The position numbers and the translations under genes are program-made. Below are positions 7,384 to 16,491 of a stretch of 64,000 nt of DNA, in pieces. Numbering within the stretch: position 1 is the first letter of the stretch; every line of letters starts with the position of its first letter. Origin of the DNA: Kribbella sp. (GTDB lineage Bacteria > Actinomycetota > Actinomycetes > Propionibacteriales > Kribbellaceae); the NCBI GenBank assembly GCA_036503355.1, contig DASXXB010000096.1, positions 41,776 through 105,775 of the forward strand. The letters are read 5' to 3'. The notes under the pieces are model-generated. The model made no database searches, was not told the DNA's origin, and saw nothing but the letters and a program-made list of their open reading frames with translations.

Positions 7384-10173
7384 TCAGGTGGTGAGGATCA
7401 GTGCGCCCAGGTGCCAGAAGCGGTCGGGTTCGCTGTCCAGGATGAGATCCGCGGTCCGGCCGGCCGGACCGCCGTCCAGCTCGGCGTGGATCCAGGTGAA
7501 GACGCCGCCGGGCAGATCGGTCGAGGCGGCAAGGATCTTGGTGCCCTCGGCAATGATCGTCGGCGGGCAGTCGGGCCCGCCGTCGCCGACGAGCGCGGAC
7601 AGCCGGACCTTGCCGGGCGGCAGCGTGATCCGGAACGTCCGCGCGGGATAGTCGCCGACGAAGTCCCGCCGCAGGGCGTCCCACGCACTGCCTCGGTCCC
7701 GGGGTTGTGGAGCAGTACCCACCCAGCCGTACCCGAGGGTGGAGTTCCACGTCGTACTGGGGGAGACCCGCGCGTAGCCCGGCACCAGCGGGCTGTCCGC
7801 GGTTCCGATGTCGAGCGCTAGCCGGCACTGCGCCGCGTCTGGCGCCACGACGAACGTCTGGTGCTGAGCACCCAGCGCGGTCTGTCCGGTGTCGATCGCC
7901 AGGTCCACCAGATCGGTGATCAACGGGGGAGTGACCGGCACGGTCGTCGTCGTGGTGGCGCCCGAATCTACGGTGACCGAGGTCGTCCCGGCCGTCCACC
8001 CGGAGTCGACGGGATGCACGCCGGCGGTGACGGTCTGCGCGGTCCGGAACGCGTTGGTGATCTCCAGCGGCAGATCGTTGGCGCGTCCCCCGATCAGGAG
8101 GCGGCCGTTCGGATACCCGAGCTGCAGCCATTCGGTCCCGGTCGACAGGATGCGCGAGTAGCCGTAGAAGTACGAGACGATCGTGTCCCGCCAGCGCTCC
8201 GCCTCGACGACGTGCGCGTCGAACGTGCTCGCGATATCGGCGTACCGGGCCTGATCGACGTGCCCCGCCAGCCGGCTCCAGGCGCGGCGGAATTCCAGCA
8301 CTTGTTCATAGCCGGCGAAATGGCTGTCGTAAATGTGCTGGATGACGGTCTTCCCGGATTTCAACCGGTGCGTGTACGGCACCCAGTGCATGAACAGCAG
8401 CAACTCGTCCGGGCAGTTCTCCAGGGATCCGTAGATGTCGCGCCAGTGATCGGCGTACAGGCCGGGGAACACCGCCGTACGGTCGAATCCGGTCCCCTCG
8501 GCGGTCGTGTAGTGCGAGAGATTGTGCGTCGAATTCGGGTCCGGTGCGAAATGCGCGCCGAGCGGATACGTCAGGTAGCCCATGCCGAGCGGCGAGGTGT
8601 AACTCTCGTACGTCTCCCACGACCGCAACATGATGGCCTTCAGCACCGATCCGACCTGCCGGTCGAGGCCGAAGGTCAGCTCGATCCACTCGGTGACGAT
8701 CTCAGCCGCGGACAGTCGCGGATTCCACGCCAGCCGGGCGAAGCCGTGGGTGTTCGCGGCCCCGAGCTGGTATCCGGTCCAGTCCCGGTCGTCGCCGATG
8801 TTCACGACTCCCGCCAGGCCGACGTTCTCCTGCTGGTAGGCGGCCCCGGTGACAATGTCCGCCACCGTCGGCCCGGCGCCGGGCCCCTGGTACGTCGGGA
8901 ATCCCAGGATCGATTTCCACTCCGGAACGAGGTAGCACAAATGCGTCGAATGCCCGGTGTATTCCTGCGTGATCTGCAGCTCGATCATCTGGTTCGTCCG
9001 CGGCAGGCCGCCGAACAACGGATTCACCGGCTCCCGCACCTGGAAGTCGATCGGCCCGTTCTTCGTCTGTACGACGGCATTGTCGTGGAACTGCCCGTCG
9101 AGCGGATGGAAGACGTTGTACTCGTACTGCGCCCAGTCGTCGAACCCCTCGTGGACGAACGACCTCCAGACCAGCTTCCCGTCGTACGGCGCCAACCGGT
9201 CGGCGAGCATGTTCGCGCCCTCGGCGTGCGTGCGCCCGTAGTCGAGCGGACCCGGCTGGCCCTCGGAGTTCGCCTTGACCAGGAACCCGCCGAAGTCCGG
9301 GATCAGCCGGTAGATCTCGTCGATCTTGTCCTGCCACCACTGCTGCACGCGTGGGTCGAGGGGATCGGCCACGGTGATCGGCGAGGGCTGACCGCTGGTG
9401 AGGGTGATCGGCGCCGCGTAGTTCGCCGACAACCACAGTCGCACACCCCACGAGCGCAGTACGCCGGCCAGCGCCGCGAGTCCGGTCAGCCGCTCGGAGC
9501 GCAGGAACTCGGCGCTGGCGTTCACGTTGTTGATGACCGTGTGGTTGATCCCGACCGACGCGAGCATGCGCGCGTAGTCGACGTACCGCTCGCGGAGGCC
9601 GGGGAGTTCGTCCCAGACGAAGATCGACTTCCCGGCGTACCCGCGTTCGATACTGCGGTTGAGGTTGTCCCAGTGGTTCAGCATCCGTAGCGGCGAGGCG
9701 GGCCGGTCGGTGATGTCGAGCTTCTCGAGCGGCCGTTGACGTTGCAGGTGCTGCAGGAACCGGAACGCGCCGTACAGCGCGCCCCGCTCGTCGCCGCCGG
9801 TGATCTCGACCCGGTCCGCCCGGCGCTTGATCGTGAAGCTTTCGGGCGGAAGGTCCCCGATGCCGACCACGACGGCACCCTTGCCGGCCACGCTTTTGAC
9901 CGGCACTGGCCGGGCGAGCAGACCGCCGAGCCCGCGGGCGAGCTCGGCACCGGCGGAGCGCAGTACGGCGTGGTTGCCGACGACAACGATGTGGGTGAAC
10001 GCGGATCGGTAGCGGGAGAGTACGTCGCCGTTCGGCACGAGGCGGTAGCGCAGCCAGAGGTCGTACCCGTCCTCGTCCGGTGGCGCGGCGAAGGCGGACA
10101 GGCTCGGCAGGAGGCCGGCGGCGAAGGCGCCGGCCGCACCAGTGGCCAGCAAGGTTCGGCGGGTGATGGTCAT
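7384..10173 (-). CDS. aguA: Alpha-glucuronidase (GH67) with Tat signal and extra C-terminal beta-sandwich domains
   Basis: DGYDLWLRY, RMLNHWDN, IERGYAG, KNGPIDFQVREP, ELQITQEY; N-terminus MTITRRTLL; ATGA overlap with the GH43 stop. Confidence 0.9.
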   Translation of the reverse strand: MTITRRTLLATGAAGAFAAGLLPSLSAFAAPPDEDGYDLWLRYRLVPNGDVLSRYRSAFTHIVVVGNHAVLRSAGAELARGLGGLLARPVPVKSVAGKGAVVVGIGDLPPESFTIKRRADRVEITGGDERGALYGAFRFLQHLQRQRPLEKLDITDRPASPLRMLNHWDNLNRSIERGYAGKSIFVWDELPGLRERYVDYARMLASVGINHTVINNVNASAEFLRSERLTGLAALAGVLRSWGVRLWLSANYAAPITLTSGQPSPITVADPLDPRVQQWWQDKIDEIYRLIPDFGGFLVKANSEGQPGPLDYGRTHAEGANMLADRLAPYDGKLVWRSFVHEGFDDWAQYEYNVFHPLDGQFHDNAVVQTKNGPIDFQVREPVNPLFGGLPRTNQMIELQITQEYTGHSTHLCYLVPEWKSILGFPTYQGPGAGPTVADIVTGAAYQQENVGLAGVVNIGDDRDWTGYQLGAANTHGFARLAWNPRLSAAEIVTEWIELTFGLDRQVGSVLKAIMLRSWETYESYTSPLGMGYLTYPLGAHFAPDPNSTHNLSHYTTAEGTGFDRTAVFPGLYADHWRDIYGSLENCPDELLLFMHWVPYTHRLKSGKTVIQHIYDSHFAGYEQVLEFRRAWSRLAGHVDQARYADIASTFDAHVVEAERWRDTIVSYFYGYSRILSTGTEWLQLGYPNGRLLIGGRANDLPLEITNAFRTAQTVTAGVHPVDSGWTAGTTSVTVDSGATTTTTVPVTPPLITDLVDLAIDTGQTALGAQHQTFVVAPDAAQCRLALDIGTADSPLVPGYARVSPSTTWNSTLGYGWVGTAPQPRDRGSAWDALRRDFVGDYPARTFRITLPPGKVRLSALVGDGGPDCPPTIIAEGTKILAASTDLPGGVFTWIHAELDGGPAGRTADLILDSEPDRFWHLGALILTT

Positions 10174-12389
10174 GAGGCTGCCCCGTAGGTGCGGACGTAG
10201 TCGAACCGGGCGGTGGAACCGGCGCCACCCATCGAGATCAAGCCGATCTTGAGCGGCCCGTCGGGCAGGTACCAGTAGCTGCCCCATTGCCAGTGCCGGC
10301 CGTCGAGACTGGTCGCCGCCTGGAACAGGTGCTGACCGTCCCGCGTGGTGTGCCGCAGCCGCAACCACATCGTGTCGGCACTCGGCCCGAGCTGGATCGC
10401 CTCCGGCCATGGGCTGGGATCGGCACCCGGCCAGAGGAAGGTCTGCCGTACTGCGCCGGTCCGGGTCGGGGCCAACTGCAGCGACTGGGTGCGCGACGTC
10501 CACGCGATCAGCCCGGCGCGGGCGTTCCCGGTGGTGCCTTCGAACGGCAGCGAAACCTTCGTCTCCACAGTGAAGTCGCCGGCCGGAGCGTCGCGCAGCA
10601 GGACGGACGCGTCGGTACTGAGGTTGGTGGCCTGCGTGTCCCAGACGAGCTGCCCGTCCGAAACCTGACCCCGGTCGGACCCGGTCGACTGCCAGGCCGG
10701 GTCCTGACCGTCGAACTCGTCACTGAAACCGCTCAGCTGCTCCCCGATGCGCGGATCGGCGATCTTGTGCGTGACCGGCTGATAAAGCTTGGCCATCCCA
10801 ACGTTGTCGGCTTGCGCGGTGCCGGTGACCCCGATCTGCGCGGGCCCCGCCAGGCCCTTCGCGAGCTGTACGTCGATCGTGCCCAGCGGGTTGTCGCCGA
10901 GCGACGGCGCGACCTGGATCGTCGCCCGGCCGCCACGGACCTCCACGCTCAGCGAATGCCAGGTGTCGTAGCGGAATCCCTGGTAGAGCGGGCGTTCCGA
11001 CGTACTGACGAGCTTGCCGCCGACGCGTTGCTCGACGCGGAGCGACCCGCGGTCGGGGTCGAGCCAGGCGACCGCGTAGTTCCGCGGTGAGTGGTAGCCG
11101 AAGACGAGCCCGGCCTGACCGGTCGACGTCCTCACATCACTCTCGACGCGATAGTCGGCCGGTCCACCGACACGGCTCACCAGGAGCGAGGAGGCAGCCG
11201 CGGAAGCGGCGTACCCATCGCTGCTTGTCCACTCGCCTGCGACGGTCCGCCATGAGGAGAGGTCCTCAGTGTCGAATGAACTCCCGACGGTCCACGTCGC
11301 CGCCGGGGCGGGTTGCGGCTGGTCGGAGGTCCACTGACCCGCGCGGACGGTCGGCCAACCGCCGATCCAGTCGAGGCGGTCCATCGACTGCGGGCGGCCG
11401 CCCCAGGTGCGGTCGGCGCGGATGTCGGAGTTGACCAGGTTCCAGTCCTGGCCGGAGCGGTCGACCGTGACGGCGTTGTGGCCGGTGGCGTTGAGCGAGT
11501 TGCCGTTGAACGAGTTCACGATCGTTCCGCCCGGCTGGCTGGAGGTCAGCGAGACGCCGTTCTCGTCGAGGAACGGGCCGGTGGGGGACTTGGACCGCCC
11601 GGCGAGCACCGGGTAGCCACCACCGCCGTCGGAGCCCATGCAACAGCCGTAGCCGGAGTAGAACAGGTAGTACCAGGGCCCGCGCTTCGACACCCACGCG
11701 CCTTCACCACGCTCACCGGCGACGACCTGCGTCGACTCACCGACCGTGTTCCGCCCGTCGGGAGTCAGCCGTACGACGTGGATGCCGCCGCTGCGGAACG
11801 AGCCGTAGTACAGGTACTTGGTGCCGTCGTCGTCGATGAACATCATCGGGTCGATCTCCATCACGACGCTGTCCTTGACGAAGTTCACGACCGGATGACC
11901 GATGTCGGTCCAGGGACCCGCGGGTGACGGGGCGGTCGCGAGACCGATCGCGGCATCGAGCGAGGTGGAGCCGGGGGCGGAGTAGTACATGTAGTACTCA
12001 CCGTCGACGTACCGGACATCCGGCGCCCAGTACCCCTTCTGCGGCCAGCCGGCCCACTGCGGATGGTTCGCCTCGCTGAACGCGTCGCCGAGGAACTCCC
12101 AGTGCACGAGGTCGGTCGAGCGGACCATCGGGACGAGGTGCTGCGGACCGTGGTTGTCGGCGTTCTCGCGGGTCAGGCTGGTGTTGGTGGCGTAGGAGTA
12201 CCAGGCACCGTCCTTGGCGCGGATCAGCCCGACGTCGGAGAACGCCTGCACGATGTCGGACATCAGGGGATTGCCGTACGTCGGGGTAGCGGGCGCCGGC
12301 GTGGCGCCGACGGGTGGTGATGCGGCCACGGCGACGAGTGCTGTCACCAGGCCGGCGAGTATCAGGCGGAACGGGCGAGTTCGAGGCAT
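10170..12389 (-). CDS. Secreted GH43 glycoside hydrolase (arabinanase/xylosidase-like) with C-terminal lectin-like domains
   Basis: Sec signal, WAPDV, IDPMMF, EGAW, GHNA motifs. Confidence 0.85.
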   Translation of the reverse strand: MPRTRPFRLILAGLVTALVAVAASPPVGATPAPATPTYGNPLMSDIVQAFSDVGLIRAKDGAWYSYATNTSLTRENADNHGPQHLVPMVRSTDLVHWEFLGDAFSEANHPQWAGWPQKGYWAPDVRYVDGEYYMYYSAPGSTSLDAAIGLATAPSPAGPWTDIGHPVVNFVKDSVVMEIDPMMFIDDDGTKYLYYGSFRSGGIHVVRLTPDGRNTVGESTQVVAGERGEGAWVSKRGPWYYLFYSGYGCCMGSDGGGGYPVLAGRSKSPTGPFLDENGVSLTSSQPGGTIVNSFNGNSLNATGHNAVTVDRSGQDWNLVNSDIRADRTWGGRPQSMDRLDWIGGWPTVRAGQWTSDQPQPAPAATWTVGSSFDTEDLSSWRTVAGEWTSSDGYAASAAASSLLVSRVGGPADYRVESDVRTSTGQAGLVFGYHSPRNYAVAWLDPDRGSLRVEQRVGGKLVSTSERPLYQGFRYDTWHSLSVEVRGGRATIQVAPSLGDNPLGTIDVQLAKGLAGPAQIGVTGTAQADNVGMAKLYQPVTHKIADPRIGEQLSGFSDEFDGQDPAWQSTGSDRGQVSDGQLVWDTQATNLSTDASVLLRDAPAGDFTVETKVSLPFEGTTGNARAGLIAWTSRTQSLQLAPTRTGAVRQTFLWPGADPSPWPEAIQLGPSADTMWLRLRHTTRDGQHLFQAATSLDGRHWQWGSYWYLPDGPLKIGLISMGGAGSTARFDYVRTYGAAS

Positions 12390-12450
12390 GACGGCGGGTC
12401 CTCACGTGGGCGGGGGAGGTCTCTCGGCGATCAGTGCTGCAGCACCGCAA

Positions 12451-12494
12451 CTGTCCGGGTGATCGATCACCCAGACAGTAAGTGATCGATAATT
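12451..12494. promoter_or_regulatory. LacI-type operator(s) upstream of the GH43-GH67 operon
   Basis: 28-bp near-perfect inverted repeat CTGTCcGGGTGATCGATCACCCaGACAG (12451-12478) and a second site GTGATCGATAAT at 12482. Confidence 0.7.
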
Positions 12495-12539
12495 CGACCG
12501 CAAGACCTCAGCCGTTCACGTTCCTCGCCGGCCCCTGCG

Positions 12540-13463
12540 CTACCTGCTCAGCAGGTCTGCGCAGAACGCCTGGACGGCTCGGTTGACGATCGTTGGGCGT
12601 TCCCACGGCAGGAAGTGGCCGGCGCCCTTGATCCAGAACGGGCCGACGGCGTTCGGGAGTGCGACGGCCGCCCGTTCGTCGACGTGCTCGCCGAGCGTGA
12701 CCTGGTCGCTGCCGACGAGCAGCAGGGTGCGTTGCCGGACCGGGCGGTCGAGCATCTCGGGTGCCGACAGCGGGCGCGTGCCCATCACGACCTCGTAGTC
12801 GGCGAACGAGGCCCGGAGCCGGTCGGCGTCGCCGTACGGCTCGGTCAGGAACGCGAGGTCCTCGTCGTCGAAGGCATCCGGCGGGCACCACATCCGGTGG
12901 CCGTAGAACTCCGCGACGTACCGGCGGCGCTGCTCGGGTGTTGCCAGCTCCGCGATCAGTTGCTCGGGTTCGCGGCCTTGCCGGCGCTGGTAGTCGTACA
13001 CGGCCGGCTTCGGCCGCGTCGGCGGGATGCCCGCCGCGGAGAAGGCCTCGGCCAGGTCGGGCATCGAGTCGTCGAGGATCACCAGACGCTCGACCCGGTG
13101 CGGGTGGCGGTTGGCCAGGTCGATCGAGATCATCGCGCCGAGATCGTGCCCGGCGACGACCGCCCGGTCCCACCCGAGCCGGTCGAACAATGCGGTCAGA
13201 TCGTTGTTGAAGGCATTGAGGTCGTAGAACCCGTCCGGCGCGAAGTCCGACTCGCCGTACCCGCGCAGGTCCGGCGCCACCACGTCGAACCCGGCGTCGG
13301 CCAGCGGTACGACGTTGTGCGACCAGATCCGGCTCGTACAAGGGAACCCGTGCACGAGCAGCAGCGGCACGCCGCCGGCGCCGCGCCGGCGGACGGACAG
13401 ATGGTGACCGGGGCTGACCTCGATCCGGACCGGTGCGACGGCGAGCTCGGCAGGTACGACCAT
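12540..13463 (-). CDS. Alpha/beta hydrolase (epoxide hydrolase-like)
   Basis: HGFP, PDLRGYG, GHDLG nucleophile elbow, AGHF. Confidence 0.88.
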   Translation of the reverse strand: MVVPAELAVAPVRIEVSPGHHLSVRRRGAGGVPLLLVHGFPCTSRIWSHNVVPLADAGFDVVAPDLRGYGESDFAPDGFYDLNAFNNDLTALFDRLGWDRAVVAGHDLGAMISIDLANRHPHRVERLVILDDSMPDLAEAFSAAGIPPTRPKPAVYDYQRRQGREPEQLIAELATPEQRRRYVAEFYGHRMWCPPDAFDDEDLAFLTEPYGDADRLRASFADYEVVMGTRPLSAPEMLDRPVRQRTLLLVGSDQVTLGEHVDERAAVALPNAVGPFWIKGAGHFLPWERPTIVNRAVQAFCADLLSR

Positions 13464-13572
13464 GCCACTGGTTTACACGATTTCTGCGCCGTGCCGACCG
13501 GCGGAACCCGGGCGTTGGTGGGATAGTGCGAAAGGTAGGGCGTCGCGCGGCGCCCCGGGAAGCGGTGAAGCT

Positions 13573-15114
13573 ATGAGTCTCGCTTACGCAGTAAGTCAGG
13601 TTCCGCTGGCGGCCCAGGCCGATGACGTGCACGCGCCGTGGAACGGTCACGACACCCGGGTCCTCGTCATGGCGGTGATCGGCATCGCGATCATCGTGGT
13701 CCTGATCGTGGCACTCAAGGTGCACGCGTTCCTGTCGCTGACGATCGGCGCGCTGTTCGTCGGCGTCGCGTCCGGGATCGGCGCCGGGGCGGTGACGAAG
13801 TCGTACGAGAACGGCGTCGGCAGCGTCCTCGGGTACGTCGGCGTACTGATCGCGCTCGGTGCGATGGTCGGCAAACTGCTGGCCGACTCCGGCGGCGCGG
13901 ACCAGGTCGTCGACACGCTGCTGCGCGGCCGGTCCGGTGGGCTGCCGTGGAAGATGGCGCTGATCGCGTTCATCATCGGCATCCCGATGTTCTTCGAGAT
14001 CGGCCTCGTGCTGCTGATCCCGGTGGTCGTGCTCGCGGTACGGCGGACCGGTGCCCGCGCGATGCTGCTCGGCATCCCGGCGCTGGCGGGTCTGTCCGTC
14101 CTGCACGGATTCGTGCCACCGCACCCGGGTCCGCTGGCCGCGATCGGCGTACTGAAGGGCAACGTCGGCATCACGCTCGCGCTCGGTCTGCTGGTCGCGA
14201 TCCCGACCGTGATCGTCGCTGGGCCGCTGTTCGGCCGGCTCGCCGCGAACTGGGTCCCGATCGGCGCCGCCGGTGCCGCCCTCGAGGTCGGCTCCGGTCA
14301 CCACGACGGGGACGAGCCCCGGGACGCGGATCGGCCTCAGGGCGGAGGCCAGCATGCGGGTCAACCTCAAGGTTCGGTGGAGACCCAGCGCACCGGTCAA
14401 GCAGTGGGTCAGCCTCAGCACACCCGGACAGGTACGATGCGGACCCGGACGCCGAGCTTCGCGGCGACGCTGATCACGGTGCTGCTCCCGGTCGCACTGA
14501 TGCTGATCAAGGCCGCGTCCGACGTGTGGATGAGCAAGGACAACGGGATCTACCCGGTGCTGCAGTTCATCGGCGACCCGGTCGTCGCGCTGCTGATCGC
14601 CGTACTGGTCGCGATGTACACCTTCGGCACCGCGGTCGGCTTCGGCATCCCCACGCTGAGCAAGAAGATCGGTGAGAGCCTGCTGCCGATCTCCGGCGTG
14701 ATGCTGATCGTCGGCGCCGGCGGCGGGTTCAAGCAGGTCCTGGTGGACGGCGGGACCGGCACCGCGATCGCCAAGATCGCGATCGCCGCGAACCTGTCGG
14801 CGCTGCTGCTCGGCTGGATCGTCGCCGTCCTGATCCGGCTGGCGACGGGCTCCGCGACGGTCGCGACGGTGACGGCTGCCGGGATCGTCGCACCGCTCGC
14901 CGGTGGTCTCAGTACGACGCATATCGCGCTGGTGGTGCTCGCGATCGGCGCCGGCTCGCTGTTCTTCTCGCACGTCAACGACGCCGGCTTCTGGCTGGTC
15001 AAGGAGTACTTCGGCATGACCGTTGGCGAGACCATCAAGACCTGGTCGGTGATGGAGACTGTCATCTCCTTTATGGGCCTCGGCATGACGTTGCTGTTGT
15101 CAACCTTCTTGTAA
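13573..15114 (+). CDS. GntP family gluconate/sugar-acid:H+ symporter
   Basis: GKLLADSGG, PPHPGP, GSATVAT, SHVNDAGFW, TIKTWS. Confidence 0.92.
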   Translation: MSLAYAVSQVPLAAQADDVHAPWNGHDTRVLVMAVIGIAIIVVLIVALKVHAFLSLTIGALFVGVASGIGAGAVTKSYENGVGSVLGYVGVLIALGAMVGKLLADSGGADQVVDTLLRGRSGGLPWKMALIAFIIGIPMFFEIGLVLLIPVVVLAVRRTGARAMLLGIPALAGLSVLHGFVPPHPGPLAAIGVLKGNVGITLALGLLVAIPTVIVAGPLFGRLAANWVPIGAAGAALEVGSGHHDGDEPRDADRPQGGGQHAGQPQGSVETQRTGQAVGQPQHTRTGTMRTRTPSFAATLITVLLPVALMLIKAASDVWMSKDNGIYPVLQFIGDPVVALLIAVLVAMYTFGTAVGFGIPTLSKKIGESLLPISGVMLIVGAGGGFKQVLVDGGTGTAIAKIAIAANLSALLLGWIVAVLIRLATGSATVATVTAAGIVAPLAGGLSTTHIALVVLAIGAGSLFFSHVNDAGFWLVKEYFGMTVGETIKTWSVMETVISFMGLGMTLLLSTFL

Positions 15115-16074
15115 CCCGACCAGCTGGTGGGCCGGTCCTGCGTCGTGGGGGAGCGGCTCGGGGTGGATCGTGGCCTCGGTCAGCCGCGGTACGGCGTCGA
15201 TGAGCGCACGCTCCACCCGGTGCGTCAGGGTGTGGGCGTCGACGAGCGACGTACCGGAGTCGATCGTGACGCGCGCCTCGGCGCGCAACGTATGGCCGAG
15301 CCAGCGCAGGTGGATGCCGGTCACGTCGAGGATGCCGGGTACCGCGCGGATCGTGTGCTCGGCGCGGTCCACGAGCTCCGGGTCGACGGCGTCCATCAGT
15401 CTGCGGTACACCTCACGGGCCGCGTCCCGCAGTACGAACACGATCGCGACCGTGATCACCGCGCCGATGATGGGATCGGCCAACGGAAAGCCGAGCCAGG
15501 TGCCGACCGCGCTGAGCACGACGGCCAGGCTGGTGTACCCGTCGGTGCGCGCGTGCAGCCCGTCGGCGACCAGCGCGGCCGAGCCGATCCGGCGACCGGT
15601 GCGGATCCGGTACTGCGCGACCACCTCGTTGCCCGCGAACCCCACCACACCGGCGAGGACGAGCAGGCCGAGGTGCCGGACCTGGGCAGGATCGATGAAC
15701 CGGGTGATCGCCTCGTACCCGGCGTACGCCGAGGATGCCGCGATCAGCAGCACGACGACGATGCCCGCGAGGTCCTCGGCGCGGCCGAAGCCGTACGTGT
15801 ACGCGCGGGTCGCGGCACGCCGGCCGACCAGGAACGCGATCGCGAGCGGGATCGCGGTGAACGCGTCGGCGTAGTTGTGCAGCGTGTCGCCGAGCAACGC
15901 GACCGAGTCCGTCGAGACCACGATCGCGGTCTGCACGAGCGCGGTGGCGATCAGCCCGGCGAAACTGAGCTTCAGGCAGCGGATGCCCTCCCGGCTGGTC
16001 TCGAGCGCTGCGTGCCCGTGCCCATGACCATGCCCATGCCCATGCCCATGACCGTGTGCTTTCACGGAGAACAT
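15100..16074 (-). CDS. Cation diffusion facilitator (Co/Ni/Zn efflux) with N-terminal His-Gly repeat
   Basis: DTLHNYAD, YTYGFGRAED, ADGLHARTD, C-terminal IHPEP; start ATG 16074 or GTG 16065. Confidence 0.9.
   Translation of the reverse strand: MFSVKAHGHGHGHGHGHGHGHAALETSREGIRCLKLSFAGLIATALVQTAIVVSTDSVALLGDTLHNYADAFTAIPLAIAFLVGRRAATRAYTYGFGRAEDLAGIVVVLLIAASSAYAGYEAITRFIDPAQVRHLGLLVLAGVVGFAGNEVVAQYRIRTGRRIGSAALVADGLHARTDGYTSLAVVLSAVGTWLGFPLADPIIGAVITVAIVFVLRDAAREVYRRLMDAVDPELVDRAEHTIRAVPGILDVTGIHLRWLGHTLRAEARVTIDSGTSLVDAHTLTHRVERALIDAVPRLTEATIHPEPLPHDAGPAHQLVGLQEG
16011..16058 (-). repeat. 6-bp repeat encoding a (His-Gly)n tract
   Basis: tgccca/tgacca/tgcccg units, about 8 copies. Confidence 0.85.
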
Positions 16075-16076
16075 CT

Positions 16077-16098
16077 TATCTGCGCAACTATGCAGGTA
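16077..16098. promoter_or_regulatory. ArsR/SmtB-type operator
   Basis: Imperfect palindrome TATCTGCGCAACTATGCAGGTA between the divergent CDF and ArsR genes. Confidence 0.6.
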
Positions 16099-16132
16099 CG
16101 CAAGCAGGAAGGTAACCGGTAGGGTCGAGGGC

Positions 16133-16456
16133 ATGCACTCGTCGATCGAGGACTTCGAGATGCCGAACGAGGAGCAGGTGCATCTCGCCGCCGAATCCTT
16201 CCGCCTGCTCGCCGATCCGACCCGGATCAAGATCCTCTGGGCGCTGCTGCAAGGCGAGTCGTCGGTCGCCTGCCTTGCGGAGCTGGCCGGCGTCGCGCCC
16301 ACCGCGGTCAGTCAGCACCTCGCCAAGCTCCGTCTGGCAGGCCTGGTGAAGGGCCGCCGCGCAGGCACCTTCGTCTACTACTCGGCCGCGGACCACCACG
16401 TACGCCGCCTACTCGACCAGGCCCTCTTCCACGCCGACCACCTCGACCGCAGCTAA
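16133..16456 (+). CDS. ArsR/SmtB metalloregulator (KmtR-like)
   Basis: FRLLADPTRIKIL, AVSQHLAKLR, His-rich C-terminus DHHV..FHADH. Confidence 0.9.
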   Translation: MHSSIEDFEMPNEEQVHLAAESFRLLADPTRIKILWALLQGESSVACLAELAGVAPTAVSQHLAKLRLAGLVKGRRAGTFVYYSAADHHVRRLLDQALFHADHLDRS

Positions 16457-16491
16457 CCGTGGTGAGCTGTTCGGGTGGTTAGGTGAGGGGT

